Assembly (NCBI GenBank): GCA_022821235.1
Contig: JAJEEA010000419.1
Span: forward strand, 2,095 to 66,094
Length of the DNA: 64,000 nt
Origin: Vicinamibacteria bacterium
GTDB lineage: Bacteria > Acidobacteriota > Vicinamibacteria > Vicinamibacterales > UBA8438
Direction of reading: 5' to 3'
Of the stretch, positions 10,377 to 22,044 are shown piece by piece. The first letter of the stretch is position 1. Each line of letters begins with the position of its first letter. The translations under genes were made by a program, and so were the position numbers. The notes below the pieces were generated by a model. It worked only from the letters and a program-made list of their open reading frames with translations. It was not told the DNA's origin and made no database searches.

Positions 10377-11078
10377 ATGATGAGACCTACGCTTGCAGTG
10401 GGTGTCGCCTGCGTCGTCGCGCTGGGGCTGGCCTCGGCGGTGGAGACCCCCGGCCGCGCGCAGGGGACGGGGACGATCCGCGGGGTGGTGACCATGGCCG
10501 ACCCGCCGCCGCCCGGCACCCTCCCGGTGAACACCGACCAGGCCGTGTGCGGCGACAGCGTGCCCGACGAGGCCATCGTCGCCGACGCGGCCGGGCACGT
10601 GGCCAACGCCGCGGTGCGGCTGACCGGCGTGCCGTGGCCGGCCGAGCGCCCGTCGCCCCGCATCGACAACGCCGGCTGCCTCTTCGTGCCGCGCGTGCAG
10701 ATCGCCCCCACCCGCAGCCAGGTGCTGGTGACGAGCCAGGACGACACCCTGCACTCGACCCACACCTACGACGACCGCAACCGCACCGGCTTCAACATCG
10801 CCATGCCGTTTCCCGGCCTCGAGGTCAACCGCCCCCTGCGCCGCCCCGGCGTGGTGCGCGTCGAGTGCGACTCGCACGGCTGGATGCGGGCCTGGATCGT
10901 GGTCAGCAACGACCGCGGCGCCGTCAGCGGCCTCGACGGCGTCTTCGTGCTCGAGGACGTGCCGGCCGGCGACCACGAGCTGACGATCTGGCACGAGCGG
11001 CTGGGCGCGGCGCCGCGGACGGTGACCGTCCGCGCGGGCGAGACTACCGAGGTCGCCATCGTTCTCGCCCGGACGTGA
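10377..11078 (+). CDS. secreted cupredoxin-like + carboxypeptidase-regulatory-like domain protein
   Basis: ATG at 10377 with a signal peptide. H...C-x2-H-x2-M pattern (LHSTH; CDSHGWM). C-terminal GVFVLEDVPAGDHELTIWHERLG. Confidence 0.5.
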   Translation: MMRPTLAVGVACVVALGLASAVETPGRAQGTGTIRGVVTMADPPPPGTLPVNTDQAVCGDSVPDEAIVADAAGHVANAAVRLTGVPWPAERPSPRIDNAGCLFVPRVQIAPTRSQVLVTSQDDTLHSTHTYDDRNRTGFNIAMPFPGLEVNRPLRRPGVVRVECDSHGWMRAWIVVSNDRGAVSGLDGVFVLEDVPAGDHELTIWHERLGAAPRTVTVRAGETTEVAIVLART

Positions 11079-11094
11079 CACCTGCAGGACCACG

Positions 11095-11493
11095 ATGACG
11101 GCAACGGTTCGACTCGAACGGCGGGCGGCACGTTCCCGGCTGGGTCGGATCTTCCCAGGCCTGGGCGTCGCATTCGGCGCGGCGGGCGGGTACTTGTACG
11201 GGGGCTGGCGATGGGGAGTCGTGGTGCTGGTCGTGGCGCTGCTGGCGGCCGCGCTCCTCGCGTGGGCGGCACGTTCCCGGCTGGGCCGGATCTTCCTCCG
11301 CCCGCACGAAGAGACGTTTCATCCGGAGTTCCTCGCAAGCCTGGTCGTCGCCTTCGTCGCCGCGGGCGGGTATTTGTACGGGGGCTGGCGATGGGGAGTC
11401 GTGGGTCTGTTGGCGGCCGCGCTCCTTGCGTTGAAGATACGCGCCCGGTGGACCGGACCCTCCCCGTCCCCCGCGGAGCATGGACGAGGCTGA
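11095..11493 (+). CDS. small membrane protein with internal tandem duplication
   Basis: ARSRLGRIF...AAGGYLYGGWRWGVV...LLAAALLA occurs twice. The nucleotide repeats are 11125-11260 and 11266-11440. Confidence 0.35.
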   Translation: MTATVRLERRAARSRLGRIFPGLGVAFGAAGGYLYGGWRWGVVVLVVALLAAALLAWAARSRLGRIFLRPHEETFHPEFLASLVVAFVAAGGYLYGGWRWGVVGLLAAALLALKIRARWTGPSPSPAEHGRG

Positions 11494-11543
11494 TTCGGAC
11501 AGCCGACCGCCCCTGAACCGGCGACCGCAACACGGAACCAAGC

Positions 11544-13220
<1,677 letters not shown>

Positions 13221-13566
13221 CGGCCGACAGGCAGGCGCCCCTGGTCGATTGCGCCGGACCGCATCCAGTACCGCTCGCCCCTCGTGCGGGCGTGATTCTG
13301 CATGGGTCGAGAGCCCATCGCGCCCGTCGCCGACCGGCCGTAGCCTGGGCACGACCAGAATCCTGGGCGTCGTCGATTGGTCCTGACCAAAATGCGATGG
13401 CGTAGATGTTGGTCGCATGCAAACGGCCGCGGCCTCTACGACGCCGTCCTCGCCGCGCACCTTGCGAACTACCGGCAGATGGCGTTCGACAGCGGCCCGC
13501 GGCAGGTCGGCAGGACCACCACCTGCCGCCGTACGCGGACGCCTTGCCCGGAGCGGGCGTTCGGTT

Positions 13567-14973
13567 TCAGCACAGCGCGGCGAAGACCGCGTCTGCGTCT
13601 ACGACGTGCGGATCCTTGGCTGTCGCGGGAATGGCGGTAGTCCGAGGCGTGAACGCCGCGTCCACGACTTCCAGGTCGGCGATGCCGGGCACGGCCGGCG
13701 GGCCCGCGGGAGGCCGAAGGGCCTTCGGTGCCTCCGGTCGCGACCTCCACTTGGCCTCGCCGACGAGCACACGCCGGCCGTCGACGGAGCGCGCCACCAC
13801 GTCGTGCTCCGGGTCGTTGCCGCGCCAGTAGCGCTGTGCCGGCTCCCACGGGCCGAGCGCGCCGAGGGGGCAGTCGGTTCGGTGCAGCAAAGGTACGGCT
13901 GTGCGGCACAGCTCCTCCCAGGCGAGGGCCTCGAGACGCGGCCGGTGGCGGCGCCAGTACTCCAGCCGCGTCTCGGGAGGCGCTTCGGCGAGTGCGGTCC
14001 GGTGGGGGGCCACGACCCGGAACCACAGGCGCAGGAACGGGTCGTCGATGCGGTAGAGACTGCGCCGGCCCGATCGGGGATCGCTCCCGAACGGCGTCTC
14101 CCGGCGGACCAGACCCATCTCGGCGAGCGCGGCCAACGGACGGGCGAGGCTGGGGGCGGGGCGGCCGAGGCGGCCGGCGATCTCGCTGACCCGGTGGGCG
14201 CCGGCGCCGATGACGTCGAGCAGGGGGCGGAGGGCGGTGGCCGGCGGCACTTCCTCCATCAGCAGGCGGTCGGGCTCCAGGTGCAGCGGACCGGCGGGGT
14301 CGAGCACGAGGGTGTCGACGGCGCGGTCGACGTCGCGGCCGAACCGTTCGGCGAGCTCCCAGTAGCGCGGCATGCCGCCCCAGAGCGCGTAGAGGGCGAC
14401 GAGGTCGCGCGGGTCGGCGCCGGGGACGAGCTCGGCGAGGTAGCCCGGCTTCAGCGGGCGCACCGCGAACGCCTCGCGGGCGCGGCCGTAGAGCGGGGCG
14501 GCCGCGTCGAGCACCGCGCCGTGCATCATGCGCTGGCTCGATCCGCTCACCACGACCGTGGGCCGGCCCGGCGCGCCGTCGATCCAGGTCTGAAGGACGC
14601 CGGTCAGCGTCGGGTCGGCGGCGATCAGGTACGGCAGCTCGTCGAGCACGAACGGACCGGGCCAGGCGCTCCCGCCCGACTCGGCGGCGAGCCGCAGCAG
14701 GAACGAACGCCAGTCCGGGTACTCGACGTCGTCGAATCCGGGGAACCGCCGGGCCACTGCCGTGGCGAGGTAGCGCCGCTGCACGGCCGGCACCGATCGG
14801 TCGGCCGCCGCGTAGAGGCCGTCGTGGCGCCGCGACCACTCGACGAGCAGCCGGGTCTTGCCCACCCGCCGCCGCCCCCAAAGGACGGCGAAGGCGCCGG
14901 GCACGTCCAGCACCCCGTCCAAACGCCGCAGCTCTTCACCCCGATCCAGAAAACGCACCGCTTTATTATGCAC
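13567..14973 (-). CDS. AAA ATPase (archaeal-ATPase type) with DUF234-like C-terminus
   Basis: Walker A GRRRVGKT, Walker B-like FVLDELPYL, and a winged-helix-like tail (HRVSEIAGRLGRPAPSLARPLAALAEMGLV). Confidence 0.65.
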   Translation of the reverse strand: MHNKAVRFLDRGEELRRLDGVLDVPGAFAVLWGRRRVGKTRLLVEWSRRHDGLYAAADRSVPAVQRRYLATAVARRFPGFDDVEYPDWRSFLLRLAAESGGSAWPGPFVLDELPYLIAADPTLTGVLQTWIDGAPGRPTVVVSGSSQRMMHGAVLDAAAPLYGRAREAFAVRPLKPGYLAELVPGADPRDLVALYALWGGMPRYWELAERFGRDVDRAVDTLVLDPAGPLHLEPDRLLMEEVPPATALRPLLDVIGAGAHRVSEIAGRLGRPAPSLARPLAALAEMGLVRRETPFGSDPRSGRRSLYRIDDPFLRLWFRVVAPHRTALAEAPPETRLEYWRRHRPRLEALAWEELCRTAVPLLHRTDCPLGALGPWEPAQRYWRGNDPEHDVVARSVDGRRVLVGEAKWRSRPEAPKALRPPAGPPAVPGIADLEVVDAAFTPRTTAIPATAKDPHVVDADAVFAALC

Positions 14974-15304
14974 GTGAGCATTATGTCTACGCGCATAAAT
15001 CGTCTCGTTCTGCCGGGTTGTTCACACCCCTGTTCGCCGCCGCGCGGCGGCGGAGCACAGACGTCGGCGGCGACGGCGCATTTCAGCGTTGGTTTTCGCC
15101 GAGGGCGGCGAACACGGCAGCCTTGTCCTCGAGGTCGACGCACGCATGCATCGCTTGGCGGGCCCAGTCGAAATCCGCCTCTGCCGGGTCAGCCCGCCGC
15201 GCGCGGAGTCGCTCGGCAAGGGGTTCGCCGGCCAACTCGTCCCGCGTGCCGCCATCCGGCTTCCGGGCCCGCGACGGCGAAGGTCGTGTGGGCATGATGC
15301 ACGT

Positions 15305-17449
15305 TCAGTCGCGCGTCCGGACGACGTGCATCCCGATCGCGGCGACGAAGCAGGCGGCGCCGACGAGGTCGGTGGCGGTTGTGGCGTAGAACAGGAGCAG
15401 GCCGCCGGCCACGGCCAGCGTGCGCTCGGCCGTCGTCGCCGCCTGTCGCAGCCAGCCGCCGAGGCCCATGGCGAGGGCGAGGATGCCCACCGCCGCGGTG
15501 AGGACGGTGCGGGCGATGTCGGCCAGCGGCGCCTGCAGCAGGACGCCGAGCCCCTCGGGGCTGAGGGTGAACGCGAACGGGACGAGGAACGCCGGCAGGG
15601 TGTACTTCCAGGTCAGCATCATCGTCTTGAACGGGTTGCCGCCGGTGATGGCGGCCGCCGCGAAGGGCGACAGCGCCGTCGGCGGGCTGACCTCGGAGAG
15701 CACCGCGTAGTAGAAGATGAACATGTGGGCGGCGACGTCCGGCACGCCGACCAGGGTCAGGGCCGGCGCGATCATGACCGCCGCGATGATGTAGGACGCG
15801 GTGACCGGCACCGCGAGGCCCAGCATCCACACCGCCACCGCCGCGTAGAGCACGGTGAAGAACAGGTTGCCCCCGGCGAGGTCGACGATGATGCTCGAGA
15901 TCTTCAGCCCGAGGCCGGTCAGGGTGACCACGCCGACGATGATGCCCGCGGTCGCGGTGGTGGCGGCCACCGCGAGCACCGCCCGGCCCCCCGTCTCGAG
16001 CGCGGTGACGAGGCGCGACGGCCGCAGCGCCGTCTCGCGCCGCAGCTCGCGCACCGCGGGGTCGGAACCGACGACCCCGAGAAAATCGAGGGCGTACTGC
16101 ATGAAGCTGAGGACGAAGGCCAGCATCGTGGCCAGGAACACCGCCCGGAACGGGGTCATGCCCGACACCAGGAACACGACGATGGCGACGAGGGGCACGA
16201 ACTGGTAGCCCGACTGGCGGGTGAGGGTCCAGACCGACGGCAGGTGCACGTCGACCGCCTTGGTCCCCAGGCGCCGCGCGTCGGCCTCGATCATGAGGAC
16301 GATCGACAGGTAGTAGAGCACCGCCGGCACGATGGCCATCGCGATGACCTGCAGGTAGGTGATCTGCAGGAACTCGGCGATGAGGAACGCCGCCGCCCCC
16401 ATCGTCGGGGGGGCGAGGATGGCGCCGATGCCGCTCGCCGACAGGATGCCTCCGCCGATCTCGGCCGAGAACCCCGCCCGCCGCAGCATCGGCCACGCCA
16501 CCGCCCCCAGGGTGACGGTGGTCGCGACGCCGCTGCCCGAGACAGTGCCGAGCAGGAAGCCCGACATGGTGACGGTGCGTCCCGGCCCCGCCCCGCTCGA
16601 CGAGCGGCCGAACGCCGACATGGTCCAGGTGATGAAGAACTGGCCGGCCCCCGAGTGCTGCAGCATCGCCCCGAAGATGGTGAACAGCACGATGTAGCTG
16701 GAGGCGACGTTCAGGGGCACCCCGAAGATGCCCTCCAGGGTCATGTAGAGGGTGCCTACCAGCCGGTCGATCGAGTACCCGCGGTGAGCCATTATCTCGA
16801 GCCCCATGAGCTCGAGCAGCGGGCCGTAGTAGCCGTAGAGCAGGAAGGCGACGGCGGTGACGGGGAGAATCCAGCCCACCGTGCGCCGGGTCGCCTCGAG
16901 CACCAGCAGCGTGGTGATCGTCCCGAACACGATGTCGGGCCCGCTGGGGGTCGCGGCCCGGTAGACGAACTGGTCGAAGTCGACGATGGGCCACGCCAGC
17001 ACGAGGACGGACGCCGCGGCGAGGGCCCAGTCGACGGCCGCCACCCGGCCGCGCCACGCGGGAACGGCGGGGTAGAGCACGAACGTGAGGACCAGGGTGA
17101 TCAGCAGGAAGCTGACCCGGTAGATCTGCGGCTGGACGATGCCGACGACCCAGTACAGCGCGTAGAGCGAGAGGCCCGCGGCGAGCACCGTCACCAGGCG
17201 GGCCGGGATGCCGCTCAGCTTCCGGGTCGGGACCTCGGCGTCGGGGTCGTCGCGCAGGGCGGCCGGCGGAGCGGCTGGATCGGCCAGGGGGATCTCCCGG
17301 ATCGAGTCGTCGATGGCGCCGGCCCGTCGAACGCGGTCTCGCAACCGGCGACCGCGCGAGCGAGGCGACGGGCAAGCGTACTCGCTAATGCGGGCGGTGA
17401 AAAGGGGCGCAACCCGGTTGCGCCCGGCAAGGGGGGGCGGATTCTCCAA
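15305..17449 (-). CDS. TRAP transporter fused 4TM/12TM permease (TAXI type)
   Basis: About 700-aa polytopic protein immediately downstream of a TAXI solute receptor. The start codon is uncertain. Confidence 0.85.
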   Translation of the reverse strand: MENPPPLAGRNRVAPLFTARISEYACPSPRSRGRRLRDRVRRAGAIDDSIREIPLADPAAPPAALRDDPDAEVPTRKLSGIPARLVTVLAAGLSLYALYWVVGIVQPQIYRVSFLLITLVLTFVLYPAVPAWRGRVAAVDWALAAASVLVLAWPIVDFDQFVYRAATPSGPDIVFGTITTLLVLEATRRTVGWILPVTAVAFLLYGYYGPLLELMGLEIMAHRGYSIDRLVGTLYMTLEGIFGVPLNVASSYIVLFTIFGAMLQHSGAGQFFITWTMSAFGRSSSGAGPGRTVTMSGFLLGTVSGSGVATTVTLGAVAWPMLRRAGFSAEIGGGILSASGIGAILAPPTMGAAAFLIAEFLQITYLQVIAMAIVPAVLYYLSIVLMIEADARRLGTKAVDVHLPSVWTLTRQSGYQFVPLVAIVVFLVSGMTPFRAVFLATMLAFVLSFMQYALDFLGVVGSDPAVRELRRETALRPSRLVTALETGGRAVLAVAATTATAGIIVGVVTLTGLGLKISSIIVDLAGGNLFFTVLYAAVAVWMLGLAVPVTASYIIAAVMIAPALTLVGVPDVAAHMFIFYYAVLSEVSPPTALSPFAAAAITGGNPFKTMMLTWKYTLPAFLVPFAFTLSPEGLGVLLQAPLADIARTVLTAAVGILALAMGLGGWLRQAATTAERTLAVAGGLLLFYATTATDLVGAACFVAAIGMHVVRTRD

Positions 17450-17486
17450 CCGAATGCCGGCCCGGTCCGGCCCGGCCGACCCGGCT

Positions 17487-18578
17487 CTACGTTCCGGGCC
17501 AGGCTCCCAGTTCCTGATAGTACCGGACGGCGCCCGGGTGGAACGGGACCGTCGACCCCGTCACCGCGCTCTCGACCGACAGCTTCTCGGCCTCGGGATG
17601 AATCGCGGCCAGCTCGTCCTGGTGGTCGAACAGGGCCTTGGTGATGCGGTAGGCCAGGTCCTCGGACATCTGTTCGTGCACCACCAGCACGTTGGCCACC
17701 CCGACCGCCTCGACGTCCCCGCTCATGCCCGGGTAGGTCGTGCTGGGAATGGTGACCCCGTGATACACCGCGTCGCCGTAGTTCTCGTGCAGGAACGGCA
17801 GGGTGTCGGTGTTGGGCACCAGCTTGACGGTCCGGCCCGGCGTCGAGGCGAGGTCGAGGACGGAGCCGGTGGGGATGCCGCCGCTCCAGAAGAACGCGTC
17901 GATCTTGTCGTCCTTGATGGCGTCGACCGACTGCGCGGCCCCCAGGCTCTGCTTGCGGATGTCGGCATCCGGGTCGAGGCCGACCGCCTCGAGCACGCGC
18001 AGGGCCGTGATCTCGGTCCCGCTGCCCGGCGCCCCCGTGGACACGATGCGGTCGCGAAGGTCGGCGACCGACTCGATGCCCTTGCCCTCGAGGGTCACGA
18101 GCTGGTTCAGGTTGTCGTAGAGCACCGCGAGGGCCCGCGCCGGCACCGTGCCGAAGTCGGCGAACGCGCCCCGTCCCTGCGCCGCGTCGTCGAGCGAGTC
18201 GGCGAGGACGAACGCCAGGTCGGCGCCGCGGTTCGAGATGAACTTCAGGTTGTCGACGGTCCCCGCGGTGACCTCGGCGGTGGCCTCCACCCCCTCGAGG
18301 TGGTCGCTGATGACCTTGGCGACGCCGCCGCCATACGGGTAGTAGACGCCGCCGGTGCCGCCGGTGGCGACCGACAGCCGTTCGGTGAGGCCGCCGGCCC
18401 CCTGCGGGCTGCAGGCGACCATCGCGACGCCGGCGATCACGGCCAGCGCGGCGAGCGCGCGCAGTGCGGAGCGGGACACGGTCGTCGAGCGGTTCTTCGT
18501 CACAGTGGCACCCCCAGCCCGCCAATCGTCGCCGAGCGCGACCCCAAGGTCGCGCTGCAGCCTTCGGTTGGCGCCCAA
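17487..18578 (-). CDS. TAXI-family TRAP solute receptor (probable lipoprotein)
   Basis: GGTGGVYYPYGGGVAKVI motif and a lipobox-like MVACS. The true start is probably internal (VTKNRS...). Confidence 0.85.
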   Translation of the reverse strand: MGANRRLQRDLGVALGDDWRAGGATVTKNRSTTVSRSALRALAALAVIAGVAMVACSPQGAGGLTERLSVATGGTGGVYYPYGGGVAKVISDHLEGVEATAEVTAGTVDNLKFISNRGADLAFVLADSLDDAAQGRGAFADFGTVPARALAVLYDNLNQLVTLEGKGIESVADLRDRIVSTGAPGSGTEITALRVLEAVGLDPDADIRKQSLGAAQSVDAIKDDKIDAFFWSGGIPTGSVLDLASTPGRTVKLVPNTDTLPFLHENYGDAVYHGVTIPSTTYPGMSGDVEAVGVANVLVVHEQMSEDLAYRITKALFDHQDELAAIHPEAEKLSVESAVTGSTVPFHPGAVRYYQELGAWPGT

Positions 18579-18802
18579 CCGACTCCAGGCGTCCGCACCG
18601 TTCCACGACGCAGACTCCCGGATGCCGGGACAGAGTCACCTATTCTAGCAGTCGAAGTGCTTCAGGACATGGACATCCCGGTGGGCGGGACTTCTCGTCC
18701 TTCGGAGGACGGGCGATTTGCGACGAGCAGACTCCGGGTCCTGCCGACGAACGCCGGGCCCGGTGTTGAATCCGTCTCCCGAACAGGTTATCCTCGACAC
18801 GC

Positions 18803-18971
18803 ATGGAGATCTTCGACGTGGTCTCGGGAATCGCCGCCGTGATCGGAGCGTGCGCCGGTCTGGGGGCCGCCATCGGCGTGCTGGTGGTCAACGGCAAAGG
18901 TGGACAGGCTCACCGGCCGCGTCGACGAGCTGAGCCGCGCCTTCGACAGTCACGTGAACGCCAGCCACTGA
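18803..18971 (+). CDS. possible small TM + coiled-coil protein, apparent frameshift near 18895
   Basis: MEIFDVVSGIAAVIGACAGLGAAIGVLVVNG continues in another frame as KVDRLTGRVDELSRAFDSHVNASH*. Confidence 0.2.
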
Positions 18972-19217
18972 GATTCCATTCTTCACTTCCGGCTCGTGGC
19001 GCACTGGAGACCGCCCTGGCCGTCGGCACCGCCCCGCCCGGCGGTGACGCCCTGGCACTCTCCGGCTCGCCGACGGGCGGCGAGGATCGCTTGGGCAATC
19101 CGTGATGCGTTCGCAAACCCCGGGCTGCGTGCTGACCGCGGCGGCGATGGACGCCGCCGGGCGTCCTGTCGCTCGCCGGCCCGCCCGACGGAATCCGGAG
19201 GCTCGCGGGCATCCGTG

Positions 19218-20765
19218 ATGCGCTCGCATGCCCTTGGCCGTGTGCTCACCACGGCGGCGCTGAGCGCGGCCGCGGCCGGGCTCGCCTCGGCGGGTCAGAC
19301 CGGCCTGCGCTTCGCCGTCACCCTCGATGCGTCGCTGCCCGCCCAGCCGCCGGGACGCCTGGTCGTGGTGATGGTTCCCGCCGACCAGCCGGGCGGCGAG
19401 CCCCGGTTCCGCATAGGCGACACCGGACGCCGCGCCGTGCCCACCCTCGGGGTCGACGCCCCGCCGCTCGCCCCGGGAGACCGGGTGACCGTGGGGGCCG
19501 ACGCGGCCGCGTTCCCCATCGAGAGGCTGGGCGACCTCCCGGCCGGCGAGTATCGCGTGCAGGCGGTGCTGGCCACCAACCGCGACATCCGCCGCGTCGA
19601 CGCGCCGGGTAACCTCTACGGCGACGTCCGGCGGGTGGAGCTCGACCCCGGGCGGGCGGCCGCGATCGATCTGAGGCTGACGCAGCGCATTCCCGACGAG
19701 CTGCTGCCCGAGGACACCGGGCTCCTGCGCTTCATCCGGATCCGCTCCGAGCGCCTGTCCGCGTTCCACGGCCGCCCCATCCACCTTCGAGCCGGCGTCA
19801 TCTTGCCGCCGGGGCACGACGTGGAGGCGAAGCGGCGCTACCCGTTGCGGGTGCGCATCGGCGGCTACGGCGCGCGGTACACCGCGGTGCGGCGGATGAT
19901 GCGCCCCGGCTCGCCGTTCAGGACGGCGTGGCTCGACCCCGACGCCCCGCGCTTCGTGCTCCTGCATCTCGACGGGGCGGGGCCCTGGGGCGATCCCTAC
20001 CAGGTCAACTCCGCCAACAACGGTCCCTACGGCGACGCCGTCACCGAGGAGCTGATCCCCTACGTCGAGGAGCGGTTCCGGGCCGGCGGGTCGCCGGGCG
20101 CCCGCGTCGTCGACGGCGGGTCGACAGGCGGCTGGGTGGCCCTCGCCCTGCAGATCTTCCATCCCGACTTCTTCGGCGGCGCCTGGGCCTCGTGCCCCGA
20201 CAGCGTCGACTTCCGCGCCTTCCAACTCGTGGACGTCTACCGGGGCGGTAACGCCTACGCAGACGGCGAGGGTCGCGAGCGGCCCAGCGCCCGGAACCTC
20301 GACGGGAGCACCCGGTTCACCATGCGCCACGAGCTGCGGATGGAGAACGTGCTCGGGGGCGGCCATAGTTGGACCCGGTCGGGCGGCCAGTGGGGGGCGT
20401 GGAACGCGGTCTACGGCCCCCGCGGCGCGGACGGCCTCCCCGTCCCGCTCTGGGATCCCGTTTCCGGCGACATCGACACCGAGGTGACCGCGCACTGGGA
20501 GCGCTACGACCTGCGCCTCGTGCTCGAGCGGGGGTGGGACACGCTGGCCCCGAAGCTGCGGGGCCGGCTGAACGTCTGGGTCGGCGACATGGACGACTAC
20601 TTCCTCGAGGGCGCGGTGCGCCGCCTCGACGCCTTCCTGCGGGACCGGCCGTCGATCGACGCCCGCATCGTCTACGGCCCCGGCCGCGGCCACTGCTGGA
20701 CGGGCATCTCCCCGGCCGAGATGCTGCGGGAGATGGCGGCGCAGGTCGAGCGCACGTCGCGCTAG
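19218..20765 (+). CDS. secreted esterase-like alpha/beta hydrolase (enterochelin-esterase type)
   Basis: ATG at 19218 with a signal peptide. GGSTGGWVALALQIFHPDFFGGAWASCPD serine-hydrolase block. Confidence 0.6.
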   Translation: MRSHALGRVLTTAALSAAAAGLASAGQTGLRFAVTLDASLPAQPPGRLVVVMVPADQPGGEPRFRIGDTGRRAVPTLGVDAPPLAPGDRVTVGADAAAFPIERLGDLPAGEYRVQAVLATNRDIRRVDAPGNLYGDVRRVELDPGRAAAIDLRLTQRIPDELLPEDTGLLRFIRIRSERLSAFHGRPIHLRAGVILPPGHDVEAKRRYPLRVRIGGYGARYTAVRRMMRPGSPFRTAWLDPDAPRFVLLHLDGAGPWGDPYQVNSANNGPYGDAVTEELIPYVEERFRAGGSPGARVVDGGSTGGWVALALQIFHPDFFGGAWASCPDSVDFRAFQLVDVYRGGNAYADGEGRERPSARNLDGSTRFTMRHELRMENVLGGGHSWTRSGGQWGAWNAVYGPRGADGLPVPLWDPVSGDIDTEVTAHWERYDLRLVLERGWDTLAPKLRGRLNVWVGDMDDYFLEGAVRRLDAFLRDRPSIDARIVYGPGRGHCWTGISPAEMLREMAAQVERTSR

Positions 20766-20880
20766 CGGTGGGGTAGCTGTTCATGCACTCGCGTTCCACA
20801 CGCGCCGGGAGGTAGCTCTTGCGACCAAGGGCCTTCGCCGCCGGTAACATCACGTTCCACGCGCGCCGGGAGGCAGCCGC

Positions 20881-21645
20881 GTGAGGAAGGGCGCCCTCCG
20901 CTACCGCTTCCAGTCGCCGCGCTGGCCGCCCCTCGCCCAGCGGCCGCGGCCGCATGCCATCACCGCCGACTTCCCCGGCGCCGCCTGCCCGGTCGGTAGC
21001 CGCGTGCGCTTCCAGTGGCGCGGGCAAGCGATCGAGGGGACGGTCGCCGAGCTGCAGCGCGCCCGCGCCGTAGTGGCGGCCGGCGACGACGCCCTGTGGA
21101 AGGTGCCCTACCGCCTCCTCGCCGTCGTCGAACGGGTCCCCGAGCGCGAGTGCACCCTGGCCGACGTCGAGAAGCTGGCCGTCGACCTCCTCGCCCGCCA
21201 CAAGGCCGGCAGCGGGTTGCCCGCCGACTGGGGCTTCGGCTTCGACCTGTCCACGTCGCGCGCCGGCGTCTGCCGCTACGACGACAAGCGCATCGACCTG
21301 TCGGTGAGCTACTGCCTGCGGGCGACCCGGGCCGACATCGAGGACACCCTGCTGCACGAGATCGCCCACGCCATCGCCGGCCACCGGCACCATCACGACG
21401 ACGTCTGGAAGGCGGTGGCCCGGGCCATCGGCTGCACCGCCGAGCGCTGCCACGACGTGAACCACACCCCGCCCCGCTGGCTGGGCGAGTGCGGCTGCGG
21501 GAAGCAGTGGCGCCGCCAGCGGCTGAGCCGCCGGCTGCGGCACGGCGCGCGGTGCCGGAAATGCGGCGGGGAGATCGCGTGGCGGCTGAACACCGGCGCG
21601 GCGATCCCGCCGTCAGCCGCGACTGGCTCTACCTCCGGGCCCTGA
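20881..21645 (+). CDS. SprT-like zinc metallopeptidase family protein
   Basis: LLHEIAHAIAGHRHHHDDVW HExxH block and a C-terminal Cys-rich tail (CGCGKQW...CRKCGG). Confidence 0.65.
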   Translation: MRKGALRYRFQSPRWPPLAQRPRPHAITADFPGAACPVGSRVRFQWRGQAIEGTVAELQRARAVVAAGDDALWKVPYRLLAVVERVPERECTLADVEKLAVDLLARHKAGSGLPADWGFGFDLSTSRAGVCRYDDKRIDLSVSYCLRATRADIEDTLLHEIAHAIAGHRHHHDDVWKAVARAIGCTAERCHDVNHTPPRWLGECGCGKQWRRQRLSRRLRHGARCRKCGGEIAWRLNTGAAIPPSAATGSTSGP

Positions 21646-21649
21646 AGGC

Positions 21650-21830
21650 GTGAAGACGGGCCGGGTGCGCCTGGGCGACCGCGTCACCGTCGGGCTGGGC
21701 TCGGTGGTGGGCATCGGGGTGACGGTCGGCTCCGGCGTTGCAGATCGGGGCGATGAGCCTCGTGCCGAAGAACGTCACCCTCGACGGCGGGCGCGTCTAC
21801 GTCGGCGTGCCGGCGCGGCCCCTCGCTTCG
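21650..21830 (+). pseudogene. remnant of the C-terminus of a hexapeptide-repeat acyltransferase
   Basis: GRVRLGDRVTVGLGSVVGIGVTVGSG in one frame continues as IGAMSLVPKNVTLDGGRVYVGVPARPL in another. No N-terminal part is present. Confidence 0.4.
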
Positions 21831-22044
21831 GGAGGGGCGGCGGCCAAGGGGCGCGGGTCGTCGAGCGTCCGTCGAGCAGAGGGGGCGGATGTCGATTCTC
21901 TCGCGACGGAGGCCCGGGAGGCACAGGCCGACGCGGGGGAGGTCTCGTGATCGCACCGTTCAGCGTCGAGTCGATCTCGCCCGATGACGTCGATCGGCTC
22001 CGGGCTCCGCTGAACGAGTCGCGGACGGACCCGGGAGACGTTTC

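Noticed and set aside
15083-15295. 70-aa ORF between the DUF234 ATPase and the TRAP permease, considered as a possible antitoxin-like gene.
   Set aside because: It has no recognisable motif, no partner gene and no clear ribosome-binding site. It cannot be told apart from a chance ORF in GC-rich DNA.
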